From positions 1-30,416 of the IMG/VR virus record IMGVR_UViG_3300029169_000023: a stretch of DNA of 30,416 bases; one strand, written 5' to 3'. The stretch comes from a virus (taxonomy: Duplodnaviria; Caudoviricetes). The position numbers and the translations under genes were made by a program. The number at the start of each line of letters is the position of its first letter. The stretch's first letter is position 1. This document shows, in pieces, positions 1 through 8,482 of this stretch. The notes under the pieces were generated by a model that saw only the letters and a program-made list of their open reading frames with translations, was not told the origin of the DNA and ran no database searches.

Positions 1-17
1 GTTTCCCAGTCACGATC
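1..17 (+). other. Random-amplification (Round A/B, SISPA) primer GTTTCCCAGTCACGATC; library artefact
   Basis: Exact match to the widely used Primer B sequence; its reverse complement is at the other end of the contig. Confidence 0.93.
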
Positions 18-23
18 CAGTAG

Positions 24-128
24 GCACTGCAGAGCGCGAAGCGCCTGGGGCACGTAGCCCGCACGCACCGCATGACCTGGAAGATCACAGGCTACGGTGC
101 CCTCGCGCTTCGCACGGAGACTAAGTAA
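24..128 (+). CDS. 5'-truncated small protein, possibly the C-terminus of a winged-helix protein
   Basis: Open frame ALQSAKRLGHVARTHRMTWKITGYGALALRTETK* ends in TAA overlapping the ATG at 128 (TAATG); start lost at contig end. Confidence 0.45.
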   Translation, partial: ALQSAKRLGHVARTHRMTWKITGYGALALRTETK

Positions 129-322
129 TGGCCACCTGTGGCAAGTGCGGCCGGCCCCAGTTTAACAAGGGTGCCAAGCCCGACCAGACCTGCCTGCGAT
201 GCGTGCGGGCCATGTTCAACCGAGCGGTGCAGGGTGCCAGCATGCTCTTCATCAGCGACATGAAGGCCCTGGGCTTTAGCCAAGCCGACATCGAGCTCGA
301 GTTGGCGCGGAGGATAGGATGA
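128..322 (+). CDS. Small Zn-finger protein
   Basis: CGKC...CLRC pairs; TAATG and ATGA coupling with neighbours. Confidence 0.65.
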   Translation: MATCGKCGRPQFNKGAKPDQTCLRCVRAMFNRAVQGASMLFISDMKALGFSQADIELELARRIG

Positions 323-465
323 CTCGGTACATTGCGATCACGAGAGAACAGCTAATTGAAATGGCTGAACTCCTAGAGAACGGTGCATCCCTCGAAGACT
401 TGATCCGGGCATACCCGATGGTAAATCCAGACAGTCTTGGCGATCTTGTTGCAGGGTGGGAGTAA
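319..465 (+). CDS. 48-aa protein, weak DUF433-like motif (not in ORF track)
   Basis: MTRYIAITREQLIEMAELLENGASLEDLIRAYPMVNPDSLGDLVAGWE*; ATGA overlap upstream and TAATG overlap downstream fill the gap exactly. Confidence 0.65.
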   Translation: MTRYIAITREQLIEMAELLENGASLEDLIRAYPMVNPDSLGDLVAGWE

Positions 466-692
466 TGACCCCCCACAACGATAAGCCCGTGCTGGCCATC
501 CCAGGCCCCAACCCTCTCAAGGCTGTGTGCTGCATCTGCGGTGCCACCATCCGCGAGGGGCACACTGCACCCGACGGCGGGGTGAGTCACGGATACTGCA
601 TACCCTGTGCGAACACCGTTCGCAAAGAGATGGGCCTCCCTCCATTCACTGACGCTGAGCTAGAGCAGATCAAAAAGGAGAACCAGTCATGA
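465..692 (+). CDS. Small Zn-finger protein
   Basis: CCIC...SHGYCIPC; ATG at 465 overlaps the previous stop. Confidence 0.7.
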   Translation: MTPHNDKPVLAIPGPNPLKAVCCICGATIREGHTAPDGGVSHGYCIPCANTVRKEMGLPPFTDAELEQIKKENQS

Positions 693-925
693 CCACAGTC
701 ATTCGTCTCGAGAACACCACTAAGGGCAGCTTCAAGTTCTGGGAAGCCCTCGTCAAGCCTCGGTCGGTCGACATTCGTCACGGTCGCATCGGCCGCCTGG
801 GGCGATACCTGCACTATCGCTTCAACACCGCAGAGGAGGCCCAGGAGTTCGTCAACAAGCGCGCCGCCCAGTGGCTCAGTCGCGGCTACGTTCGCGACGA
901 CCACGGCATCCTGGTGACGGTCTAA
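689..925 (+). CDS. WGR-domain-like protein
   Basis: KFWEA...IRHGRIGRLG...F.TAEEA.....A..LSRGY matches the WGR pattern with W replaced by H. Confidence 0.75.
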   Translation: MTTVIRLENTTKGSFKFWEALVKPRSVDIRHGRIGRLGRYLHYRFNTAEEAQEFVNKRAAQWLSRGYVRDDHGILVTV

Positions 926-1086
926 TGACCAATCGAGAGATCCTGAAACGGTTCGTCGAGGAGGGCACCATGCCCAAGGAGGTTCGTCCTGCGCTGCGCG
1001 CCCTCCTCGACGAAACCGAAGAAGCCCCCTTGACCCCAGGCAATCCTTACTGGAATGCCCCAGAGGACGCAGAGGAAGGCGAATGA
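925..1086 (+). CDS. Hypothetical protein (53 aa)
   Basis: TAATG coupling at 925 and ATGA coupling at 1083. Confidence 0.6.
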   Translation: MTNREILKRFVEEGTMPKEVRPALRALLDETEEAPLTPGNPYWNAPEDAEEGE

Positions 1087-1862
1087 CAGCCAAAGACAAG
1101 GTCATCGACAAGATCCGCAAGATGCAGGCACACGCAGACTCCGCGCACAAGATCGGCTCCGAGAACGAAGCCGAAGCATTCGCCGAGATGATTCAACGGT
1201 TGCTGGCACGGCACAAGCTCGACATGACAGACATCGAGTTCAGCCAGATGGAAGTCGAAGAGCCGGTGCAGCAACACAGCGTCGACTACGATAAGCACGG
1301 CATGAAGGTCAGTAAGTCGCGGGTGGCCTGGATGGAGGGGCTGGCCCGCATCATCGCGAACGCCCACTTCTGCAAGATCCTGGTTCACTCAGGCTCAAGT
1401 CGCATCTCCATCATCGGCCGTAAGTCCGACGCCGACGTCGCCGAGTACATGATCATTACCTTGCAGCGGCTCATCGACAAGATGTCTATCAAGGCGCGGC
1501 TCACGCACAACAATGAGTGCAAGCGCGAAGGCCGGCTGGGCGACATCTATGGCTTCCGCCAGTCCTACATCAAGTCCTTCGTAAGCAGAATAGCCGAGCG
1601 ATATCAGGAGGCGAAGCGTTCACAGGAGGGTGAGTCTTCCACTGCGCTGGTGCGCATCAACCGAGCCGAGCAGGCTGTCAAGGACTTCATCGACGAGCAG
1701 TACAGTAGCCGACGATACCAGCGGGCCTCCATCGTGCGAGGCTCTAGCAAGGCTGGCAACGCTGAGGGGCATCGCCGAGGCCGTGCAGCCGCTGACGCCA
1801 TTGACCTCAACGGGAAGGCTGTTAAGAGTGGAAACAGGGGGCGCAGAGGTCAGCTTGCATAG
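1083..1862 (+). CDS. DUF2786-domain protein
   Basis: N-terminal DKVIDKIRKM.AHA...EAEAFAEMIQRLLARHKLD; central IIGRKSD; C-terminal G...GRAAA..IDL are typical of this phage family. Confidence 0.8.
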   Translation: MTAKDKVIDKIRKMQAHADSAHKIGSENEAEAFAEMIQRLLARHKLDMTDIEFSQMEVEEPVQQHSVDYDKHGMKVSKSRVAWMEGLARIIANAHFCKILVHSGSSRISIIGRKSDADVAEYMIITLQRLIDKMSIKARLTHNNECKREGRLGDIYGFRQSYIKSFVSRIAERYQEAKRSQEGESSTALVRINRAEQAVKDFIDEQYSSRRYQRASIVRGSSKAGNAEGHRRGRAAADAIDLNGKAVKSGNRGRRGQLA

Positions 1863-1883
1863 TCGTTCAGCCCGTGGTACACT
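1855..1883 (+). promoter_or_regulatory. Putative sigma70-type promoter
   Basis: TTGCAT - 17 nt - TACACT with extended -10 TG at 1875-1876; lies in the only sizeable gap of the + block, upstream of RBS GGGAG and ATG 1912. Confidence 0.55.
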
Positions 1884-1911
1884 GCCTTTAGTGAGCAGAA
1901 GGGAGCAGGCA

Positions 1912-2244
1912 ATGAGCAGAGACTTTGACGCAGAAGAGGCCACCCGCCGCACTAGCAACGAGGTGATTGCCCCCACGACAGTAGCCCTAGCAGACACGCT
2001 CTTCGACTTGGCCATCATGCAGAAGTCCACCCCACTTCAGGATCTGGCCATCGGTGTCAGTGCCAAAGCACAAGAGGGCATCGAGTTCAAGATCCAGGAC
2101 GTCGCCCGAACCTGCGCCCAGGCCAACAGAATCCTTGGGCTAGCCACTACCTGCAAGGAGCCTATCTCGGAAAACTCCGTGTGCTCTTTGCTCAACGTTC
2201 CAGGAACCGAGCGTTGCCCCCTCCACTTCAGAGAGGAGCAGTAA
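1912..2244 (+). CDS. Hypothetical protein with C-terminal Cys/His cluster
   Basis: AAGGGAG RBS then ATG 1912 (MSRDFDAEEA); ends C...C...CPLH. Confidence 0.65.
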   Translation: MSRDFDAEEATRRTSNEVIAPTTVALADTLFDLAIMQKSTPLQDLAIGVSAKAQEGIEFKIQDVARTCAQANRILGLATTCKEPISENSVCSLLNVPGTERCPLHFREEQ

Positions 2245-2245
2245 G

Positions 2246-2605
2246 ATGTCCGTCATGACATTCAGCATGCCTTGGGGCGAAGAACTGACCTTTGACCCCA
2301 TCGTCCATATCAATACTTGCATCAAGGCTCACAAGAAAACAGGCAGGGACCATAGCCTATGCCGCCGGTGCCCCGAACTTCGCGCCACAGTGGAGAAGAT
2401 GCTCAACACTGAGATCCTCGTAGGATCGATGAAGTCAGAGATGCCACCTGAGACATTGGAAAAGGTGATGGAGTTCAACGAGAGTGCTAAGCCCTGGGGC
2501 GAATCGTGTGCTGCACCCAACGACACACAGCCCTACGAACGGCCTGTGAGGGATCTATCGATGGATCCGGATGGATCAATCACCGGTTTCGAAATCAAGG
2601 AATAG
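2246..2605 (+). CDS. Hypothetical protein (C/H motif)
   Basis: GAGGAG RBS; H..TC...H...CRRC. Confidence 0.6.
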   Translation: MSVMTFSMPWGEELTFDPIVHINTCIKAHKKTGRDHSLCRRCPELRATVEKMLNTEILVGSMKSEMPPETLEKVMEFNESAKPWGESCAAPNDTQPYERPVRDLSMDPDGSITGFEIKE

Positions 2606-2607
2606 CC

Positions 2608-2850
2608 ATGAGTGACGCACGAGCCAGCCGAGATGCTGTGATGGAGCAACTCGGCAGGGCTGTTAGAGGCTTGAGTTCAAAGGCGGCAGCCCCTATCAAG
2701 GAGTCGGGCTACCTGCCAGGGCGCAACTCACTTGAAGTAGAAGTCATCGCGTGCCTCAAGGCACTACTGAGTGAACAGACAGAGTACACCCCCCTCACTC
2801 GCGCTGCATACCAAACCCTTCGACGAGCAGAAAAAGCATGGAGGAAATGA
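2608..2850 (+). CDS. Hypothetical protein
   Basis: AAGGA RBS then ATG 2608; packs between neighbours. Confidence 0.55.
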   Translation: MSDARASRDAVMEQLGRAVRGLSSKAAAPIKESGYLPGRNSLEVEVIACLKALLSEQTEYTPLTRAAYQTLRRAEKAWRK

Positions 2851-3053
2851 TGGAAGCTGATTGCCGGTGTGGCAACGTTCGATATGAAATCGCTGAGCGT
2901 CTCCTCAACGCTGCTAAAGAGGCCCTCCTCGGTATGGACGGGGGCGATGATAATTCCCCCTGCCACCTGGGCCTCGTCACTCGCGCGCAGTGCGCGCAGT
3001 GCCGGCGAGTGGACGGTTTGGCAGCGGCGATTGATGCTGCGGAGGCAGAGTGA
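2838..3053 (+). CDS. Small Cys-containing hypothetical protein
   Basis: GGAGG RBS before ATG at 2847/2850; CRC, CH, CAQC; GTGA overlap with the sulfatase start. Confidence 0.55.
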   Translation: MEEMMEADCRCGNVRYEIAERLLNAAKEALLGMDGGDDNSPCHLGLVTRAQCAQCRRVDGLAAAIDAAEAE

Positions 3054-4297
3054 AACACTTAATCGCAGCACTCTGTCTCCTGTCCATAGCCTGTGGCGGG
3101 ACCGGTCCAACCGACCCATCGCCCAGCCCCCAGCCCACGCCGAAGCCCGACCTGGGCCGACCGAACATCGTGCTCATCTTCGCCGATGACATGGGGTTCG
3201 GGGATACCAGCATGAACGGCGGCTCGATCCAAACCCCCAACATCGACCGCATCGCCAGCGAGGGCACCCGCTTCACTGACTTCTACGTGCCCGCTGCACT
3301 ATGCTCGCCCAGCCGCGCCGCGCTGATGACGGGGCGCTACCCCGTACATGTCGGCGTTCCTTGGAACCCTGCACGCGCACCGAACGCTGATGAGATCATG
3401 GTCTCTGAGCTCCTCCACGAAGTGGGTTACAGTACCGCCATCCTCGGCAAGTGGCACCTCGGGTGGGAACCTCATGAGATGCCCATCCACAGGGGCTTCG
3501 ACTACTTCTGGGGCATGACCCACGGCAACGATGATTCGCCCTACATACTGGGCGACCAGCCCACCGATGATGGGGTAGCAGCGCAGGACATTCCACGGCG
3601 GCTCGTCGATTACAGCCTGCGCTTCATCCAGGAACACCCTGCGCCGTTCTTCATCTACATCGCCCATCGCGACCCTCACCTCCCCAACTATGGAACCTAT
3701 GTGCAGGCGATGCAGCGCATGGACGCCAGTGTTGGCCAACTGCTTGACGGTCTAGAGACCCTGGGGGTCGCTGAGAACACTCTGGTGTTCTTCACTAGTG
3801 ATAATGGCCCCGCCCGGAATGGGGGCAGCCCTGGGATCTACTCCGGGGGCAAGGGGTCTGTTGAGGAGGGTGGGATCCGGATGCCCGCTGCCGCCCGCTG
3901 GCCTGCACGTATACCCCCAGGCACCACAGTGACGGACATGGCCAGCACGATCGATCTACTGCCCACATTTGTCGCTCTGGCCGGGGGTACCCTACCAGCC
4001 GACCGGCCGTACCCTGGCGCAGACATCACACCGCTGCTCCAGGCGTCCCAGGCGGCTCTCCCTGGGCGGGGGCAGGCAGGCGCAAGGGAACTTTTGCTGT
4101 GGCAGCAGGGCGGGGCGCTAGGGGCCTTGCGGTCTGGTCAGTATAAGTGGCTGCGCCCAGGGTTGTGGAATAGCCAGCCCACCCTGATCAACCTCAGGGA
4201 CGACCCCACGGAATCGAAGGACCTGAAGTTCCAGTACCCCGAGCTCGCCGCTGAACTAGAGGCCCGTATGGTGCAGCTAGCCAAGGAGGCACAATGA
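3050..4297 (+). CDS. Cys-type (formylglycine-dependent, S1) sulfatase, lipoprotein
   Basis: Lipobox LSIAC, Pro-rich linker, RPNIVLIFADDMG, CSPSRAALMTGRYP (3302-3316), GKWHLG, SDNG, KGS.EEGGIRMP. Confidence 0.93.
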   Translation: MKHLIAALCLLSIACGGTGPTDPSPSPQPTPKPDLGRPNIVLIFADDMGFGDTSMNGGSIQTPNIDRIASEGTRFTDFYVPAALCSPSRAALMTGRYPVHVGVPWNPARAPNADEIMVSELLHEVGYSTAILGKWHLGWEPHEMPIHRGFDYFWGMTHGNDDSPYILGDQPTDDGVAAQDIPRRLVDYSLRFIQEHPAPFFIYIAHRDPHLPNYGTYVQAMQRMDASVGQLLDGLETLGVAENTLVFFTSDNGPARNGGSPGIYSGGKGSVEEGGIRMPAAARWPARIPPGTTVTDMASTIDLLPTFVALAGGTLPADRPYPGADITPLLQASQAALPGRGQAGARELLLWQQGGALGALRSGQYKWLRPGLWNSQPTLINLRDDPTESKDLKFQYPELAAELEARMVQLAKEAQ

Positions 4298-4554
4298 CAC
4301 TGATGGAACTGTCGAACTACTTCTGGCTCATCCCGTGGTTGCTAATCGGTAGCCTAGTGCTAGCCCTTGGTGGGCTGTACGAGGCCTTCGTCAAGGGCGG
4401 GCTGTGCCGGGGCAAGCCAACGATGGCGGAGTACAAAGAGATCTGCTTCCTCAGACGAACAAATAGGCTCGATGGCCCCAGGCTCGATAGGCTTCCCACA
4501 TCGCCTTCATCTCGTCAGCGCGCCAGCGGATCCGGTTACGATGATGCAGCGTGA
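4294..4554 (+). CDS. Small membrane protein
   Basis: AGGAGG RBS, ATGA overlap, hydrophobic N-terminal helix; 3' end overlaps a convergent gene. Confidence 0.5.
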   Translation: MTLMELSNYFWLIPWLLIGSLVLALGGLYEAFVKGGLCRGKPTMAEYKEICFLRRTNRLDGPRLDRLPTSPSSRQRASGSGYDDAA

Positions 4555-5110
4555 TGAGCCGCATAGCCTGTGCGAACTGAGCATAGGTGAGCGCACCGCC
4601 AATTAGCGGACTGAGCATAGAGAAGAACGTGATGAAGCTACTGCCCGCCTGTTCGTAGTCCACGTTGACGAAGGTCTGTGTGCAGCGCACTTCAGCCGCA
4701 CCAGACGAAGACCGCTGGTAGCCCCCCTCCATAGCATTAACACTAGTGGGCGTCCAGGCACTAGCATCAGGGGCTGTGGCAAACGTATTTGAATACGTCA
4801 CATAGACCGTGCTGACGGTGAAGGTTCCACTGAACGCATCAGTAGCGTTTTCCCTGATGTAGTTGCGGAAGTTCCCACTACCTGCACCCTGCCTCTTCAG
4901 CAGCGCACGAGCGATCACCGTGTTGATGATCTCAGCATCCGTGGGCAAATCGTCCAAGGTAAAGGTATCGATGCCCGTGTTGCCCGAGGCTAGCTGCCTT
5001 CGAGTAGTGTCCCCATCGTTGGTCTGGACATTACCAGGAACCGATCCAGCCCCGTTAATCCATTGCTGGTAGTTCCCTGCCGCATCGGGGAAGATATCAG
5101 TGTTGGCCAT
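4451..5110 (-). CDS. Probable virion (tail-tip/adsorption) protein, last gene of late operon
   Basis: Gly/Thr/Ala-rich beta-type sequence, WTPTSVNAMEGG motif; TGATG coupling to upstream gene. Confidence 0.6.
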   Translation of the reverse strand: MANTDIFPDAAGNYQQWINGAGSVPGNVQTNDGDTTRRQLASGNTGIDTFTLDDLPTDAEIINTVIARALLKRQGAGSGNFRNYIRENATDAFSGTFTVSTVYVTYSNTFATAPDASAWTPTSVNAMEGGYQRSSSGAAEVRCTQTFVNVDYEQAGSSFITFFSMLSPLIGGALTYAQFAQAMRLITLHHRNRIRWRADEMKAMWEAYRAWGHRAYLFV

Positions 5111-5535
5111 CAGGCTTGTACCAAGTCCACCTGAACAGCGACTTGAGTGGGGCTGCCAGTGGGGCCGATGATCATGATTTCCATCTTATCCCCCACTGCG
5201 TAGCTAGCATTCTGCACAGCTCCGCCATCAGCCCATACATCCGCCGTGCCCAGCGTGAGGTCAGTGGCCAGATGAGTTGAGGATCCGTTCTTCCGGGCAT
5301 TGACGTCAACCGTTGTGCCCCCCACCCTGTAGCCACGAACATTCGTAACGGTGCAGATATAGGTCGCGTACCATACGATGATGTTCACCGCTGCGAGGAT
5401 GCCATTCGGGTTGAACAGTGCGCCCCCTCTTGAGAAGACCGCGAGTACGTTAAGATTGTCGCGAACGTCGGTGTTCATGATAGAAGAAGTGACGGTCTCT
5501 CCAGCACTCCATGTTCGCGGTAGCGTCCAAGCCAT
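5110..5535 (-). CDS. Minor tail protein with MAW..PRTW N-terminal module
   Basis: N-terminus MAWTLPRTWSAGETVTSSIMNTDVRDNLNVL shared with 8479-9348 and 9580-9867. Confidence 0.7.
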   Translation of the reverse strand: MAWTLPRTWSAGETVTSSIMNTDVRDNLNVLAVFSRGGALFNPNGILAAVNIIVWYATYICTVTNVRGYRVGGTTVDVNARKNGSSTHLATDLTLGTADVWADGGAVQNASYAVGDKMEIMIIGPTGSPTQVAVQVDLVQA

Positions 5536-5536
5536 T

Positions 5537-5917
5537 TCAGTATCTCCTCAAGTGGTTCTCACACCCTTCGCACAGCGGGGGATACCCCTCTGGGGCAGGG
5601 AGGTTGCACCACCAGCAATTCTTCTGTTCCTTGGGGACGGGCCAAGCGACTTGAAGAGCACGGTATGGCGCAAGGAACATCCGCGAGCCTGTGGCGATCT
5701 CAATCACCTGTAGCTCGTCCGTCATGGGAACAGCGTTGCACGTCGGACACACCGGTGACTCGTAAGGTGCGGCCACCCTTCCATCGTGGTAGACCACATG
5801 CCACGGGGCAGCGGTGCGTCCAGGGGCAAGGTCGCCGATCATAAGGGCGCGCTGATACCAAGCGACATGCCCGTTGTGCTGGACAATCCAGGGGCATTCG
5901 GCGATCATACCGTTCAT
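5537..5917 (-). CDS. Zn-finger-like hypothetical protein
   Basis: ATGA overlap at 5914-5917; CPTC, CWWC, CEGC motifs. Confidence 0.6.
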   Translation of the reverse strand: MNGMIAECPWIVQHNGHVAWYQRALMIGDLAPGRTAAPWHVVYHDGRVAAPYESPVCPTCNAVPMTDELQVIEIATGSRMFLAPYRALQVAWPVPKEQKNCWWCNLPAPEGYPPLCEGCENHLRRY

Positions 5918-7173
5918 TGCCATGCCGTCACTTCCGCTACCTGCGCCCCGTTGCCCTCGAACATGCCCTTCCCCAGTACCAATCCAGTCTGCTCGGCGAG
6001 CGAGAGTAGATTTCCGTCGTAGGAGTAAACGATGACCCGCCCTGCCTGCTCGCACAGTGCCCCCTTCACAACGGCAGCTTTCTCTTCACCCATCTCCAGA
6101 AGCCTTCCGGGCATGAGCAGAACGGTATGCGCCTTGAAGTCAGTAGCGTCTTCAATGCGTTGATTGATCACCTTGACATCCGGGTATCGCGTCTTTGCCC
6201 TGGCAGCTCTGCCCGCATCGGCTTCGTAGCCCCAGGCTTCCTTCACCATACCCGCCATTCGCATCGAGGCGATCAGCGCACCGTCCCCACAGCCCAAATC
6301 AAGAACGGTCTCCGTCGTGCCAACGATAGCAATCATGGCCGAATGGGCTTGACGCATTGCCCTGATGTCATTAAACCCGTTGTCCTGCCAGTGCGCAAGA
6401 GCAGGATCAACCTTGGGCATTTCAAACTTGGAGCCTGCACGCTGGAGTTTCTCCTCTCCAAGCGTGTAGTCTGTTGAGAAACAGAAGCGGAAGTATTCTG
6501 TTTCTACAACGCCCACTCCATTCAGCACAGAGTAGGACATGGGCAGCGAAAGAAGCGACATCGCAACTTCTACTTCTGGTGCCAGCCCATTCGCATTGGC
6601 CAGTTCGATGAACAGATCTGCGAGCTTCAGCGTGTCTTTACATGCTGCACTGCACGGCAGATGAGGAACAAACCGTACCCCTAGCCAACGGAGAAGGATG
6701 TTGGACTGAGGTGGCCCCTCGATGGTTTCCATACTGAGGGTTGTATCCCGCTTGCGCCCTTCCTTCCAGACACGACTGAAGAACTCAATGCAGCAATCCG
6801 GGAACCCCAGTAGCGCCCCAATGGCCGGGTCGTCAGAGCCGCCCCAGGCCCTATGCCAGTCGCTAGCCAGTCCGGGGGCATGCATGGCCACCCGCAACCC
6901 TGGCGACCCGTGTAGGGGCGTGGCGGCACTGTAGTTCTCCCCTAGGGGCTGGGCCTGGAGAACGGAGACGCCCAGCTTTTGCAGCGTGGCCGTGCGCGAC
7001 ATCAATGCCAGTTCTTCGGGGGTAACAGAGAAGAGCGCGGAACTGCGGATGCCCCCTGGCACCGACATCGACTCCAACTCGTTCCATAGGTTAGAAGCGA
7101 TGCGGATCTTCTCTTCAAACTCAACTCGCGCGCTGTCTGAAGCCCATTGCGGGCCACGGAAAAATTCATGCAT
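5914..7173 (-). CDS. DUF483-like Cys-motif domain fused to a class I SAM methyltransferase
   Basis: IGALLGFPDCCIEFF and PHLPCSAAC motifs in the N-terminal part; VLDLGCGDG motif I and YEAD acidic strand in the C-terminal part. Confidence 0.75.
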   Translation of the reverse strand: MHEFFRGPQWASDSARVEFEEKIRIASNLWNELESMSVPGGIRSSALFSVTPEELALMSRTATLQKLGVSVLQAQPLGENYSAATPLHGSPGLRVAMHAPGLASDWHRAWGGSDDPAIGALLGFPDCCIEFFSRVWKEGRKRDTTLSMETIEGPPQSNILLRWLGVRFVPHLPCSAACKDTLKLADLFIELANANGLAPEVEVAMSLLSLPMSYSVLNGVGVVETEYFRFCFSTDYTLGEEKLQRAGSKFEMPKVDPALAHWQDNGFNDIRAMRQAHSAMIAIVGTTETVLDLGCGDGALIASMRMAGMVKEAWGYEADAGRAARAKTRYPDVKVINQRIEDATDFKAHTVLLMPGRLLEMGEEKAAVVKGALCEQAGRVIVYSYDGNLLSLAEQTGLVLGKGMFEGNGAQVAEVTAWQ

Positions 7174-8482
7174 TGACTTTCTCGCCTTTCAGTGCTGACA
7201 GTATCTTAGACAAATCTTGATGATCGCCATGGTCGGTGTGATCTCCGTGGTCAACGGAGTGTTGCAGCGTGGTCTTGATCTCTCCTTTTTCGTTGAGGAC
7301 CTCATTGATATGTATGGCGCGGCCCACTGCCCAATGTTTAGCCATCGCCTCTTCGATCTGGTCACGATCTGCCCTGAGCGTTACTGGAAATTCTCCGGCA
7401 TCCAGTAGCACCCCTTCGAAGTACTCCAACAGGGGCTTCCAAAATTCACAGTCGCGGCTACGCTTACGCCAGTCGCCGCCGAGGGCAGTGCCAGGACACT
7501 GTCCTTTGCAGGTGATCATCTGGCGGCAGCCCTGGCAGCCACCCTGATCTTGTGGAGTGGAGCGTAGTGCCGCCTGACGCATGAACGGCCCAGGCTTCGC
7601 GGCTTGCCACTGTGTCGGCGTGGTGTGGACGCGTTGACACAGGCTACGCTTCCCATCGGCATCGATGCCACGTACCGCTGGCGTAACCCAAGGGTCGCAG
7701 GCATTCCACGTGCAGTTTACTCCGCCCGAGGTGCCGTCCTTCCATGTCCAGCTATCCTTACCCCTAAGCAGGGCAATGATGTCACTGAAAGGGGCAAGCT
7801 TCAACTGTCTAAGCTGGCGCGTCTGAAGCTGGTGCAGTTCAATCATCGCCTGAAGGGTTTCTTTGTGGTCGAGCGCCTGATCCTTGAATGCGCCCTCATG
7901 CTGAAGGACGTGAAGGTTACAACTGCCCAGGCCCAGCCCATCAAGCTTTCGAAGCCACTGCTTTAGACGCGGGAGACGGTCAAATGAAGCGTTCTTCTGG
8001 TGCAGGGTGGTGATCAGCCCTGTGGGGATGCCCTCAGTGAGACAACGCTCCAGGCATGAAATAGAATGTGCCGTAGACCTACGCGTCTCTTCGAGTGTGC
8101 CGGCCCACCGAGCGTCGTTCAACTCACCAGGGCCTTCGATAGAGAACGCGACACAGACTTTGTACTTCTTGAAGAGTGGCCAATGCTTTTCGGTGATAGG
8201 ACGCCCGCTAGTCTGGCACCCGTTCTTCCCATACTTCTCGAGCCCCAATGCCCAGAGCTTCTCGAGATCTTCGAGGGGTGCCAACAGCGGTTCGCCCCCA
8301 AACAGGCTAAAGCCCCCTGCTCCGGGGTTCTCGCTCTCGAGTGCGGCAGTGATCGCCTCCATGTTGAGTGGAGGGATTGGGTTGTTTGCGCCCTTCGTTG
8401 GGATCTGGTAACACCACGAACAGCTCAAGCCCCCGTTCTTTGCACCGCATCGAAGGCCGACAGGGTTTACTTCAATCGTCAT
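7166..8482 (-). CDS. Radical SAM/SPASM-domain enzyme
   Basis: CX8CX2C (C12,C21,C24), LFGGEPLL, SIEGPGELND.R, SPASM cysteines CTWNAC...C...CX2CX5CX3CX15C; C-terminal (HxD)4. Confidence 0.92.
   Translation of the reverse strand: MTIEVNPVGLRCGAKNGGLSCSWCYQIPTKGANNPIPPLNMEAITAALESENPGAGGFSLFGGEPLLAPLEDLEKLWALGLEKYGKNGCQTSGRPITEKHWPLFKKYKVCVAFSIEGPGELNDARWAGTLEETRRSTAHSISCLERCLTEGIPTGLITTLHQKNASFDRLPRLKQWLRKLDGLGLGSCNLHVLQHEGAFKDQALDHKETLQAMIELHQLQTRQLRQLKLAPFSDIIALLRGKDSWTWKDGTSGGVNCTWNACDPWVTPAVRGIDADGKRSLCQRVHTTPTQWQAAKPGPFMRQAALRSTPQDQGGCQGCRQMITCKGQCPGTALGGDWRKRSRDCEFWKPLLEYFEGVLLDAGEFPVTLRADRDQIEEAMAKHWAVGRAIHINEVLNEKGEIKTTLQHSVDHGDHTDHGDHQDLSKILSALKGEKVNA
7214..7249 (-). repeat. (HxD)4 tandem motif at the C-terminus of the radical SAM enzyme
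   Basis: HGD HTD HGD HQD, residues 412-423. Confidence 0.9.

Noticed and set aside
5918-6055. Long N-terminal extensions in the ORF track (also 1630-1911, 24369-24461, 21518-21670)
   Set aside because: They overlap upstream genes; downstream starts with RBS or stop-start coupling fit better
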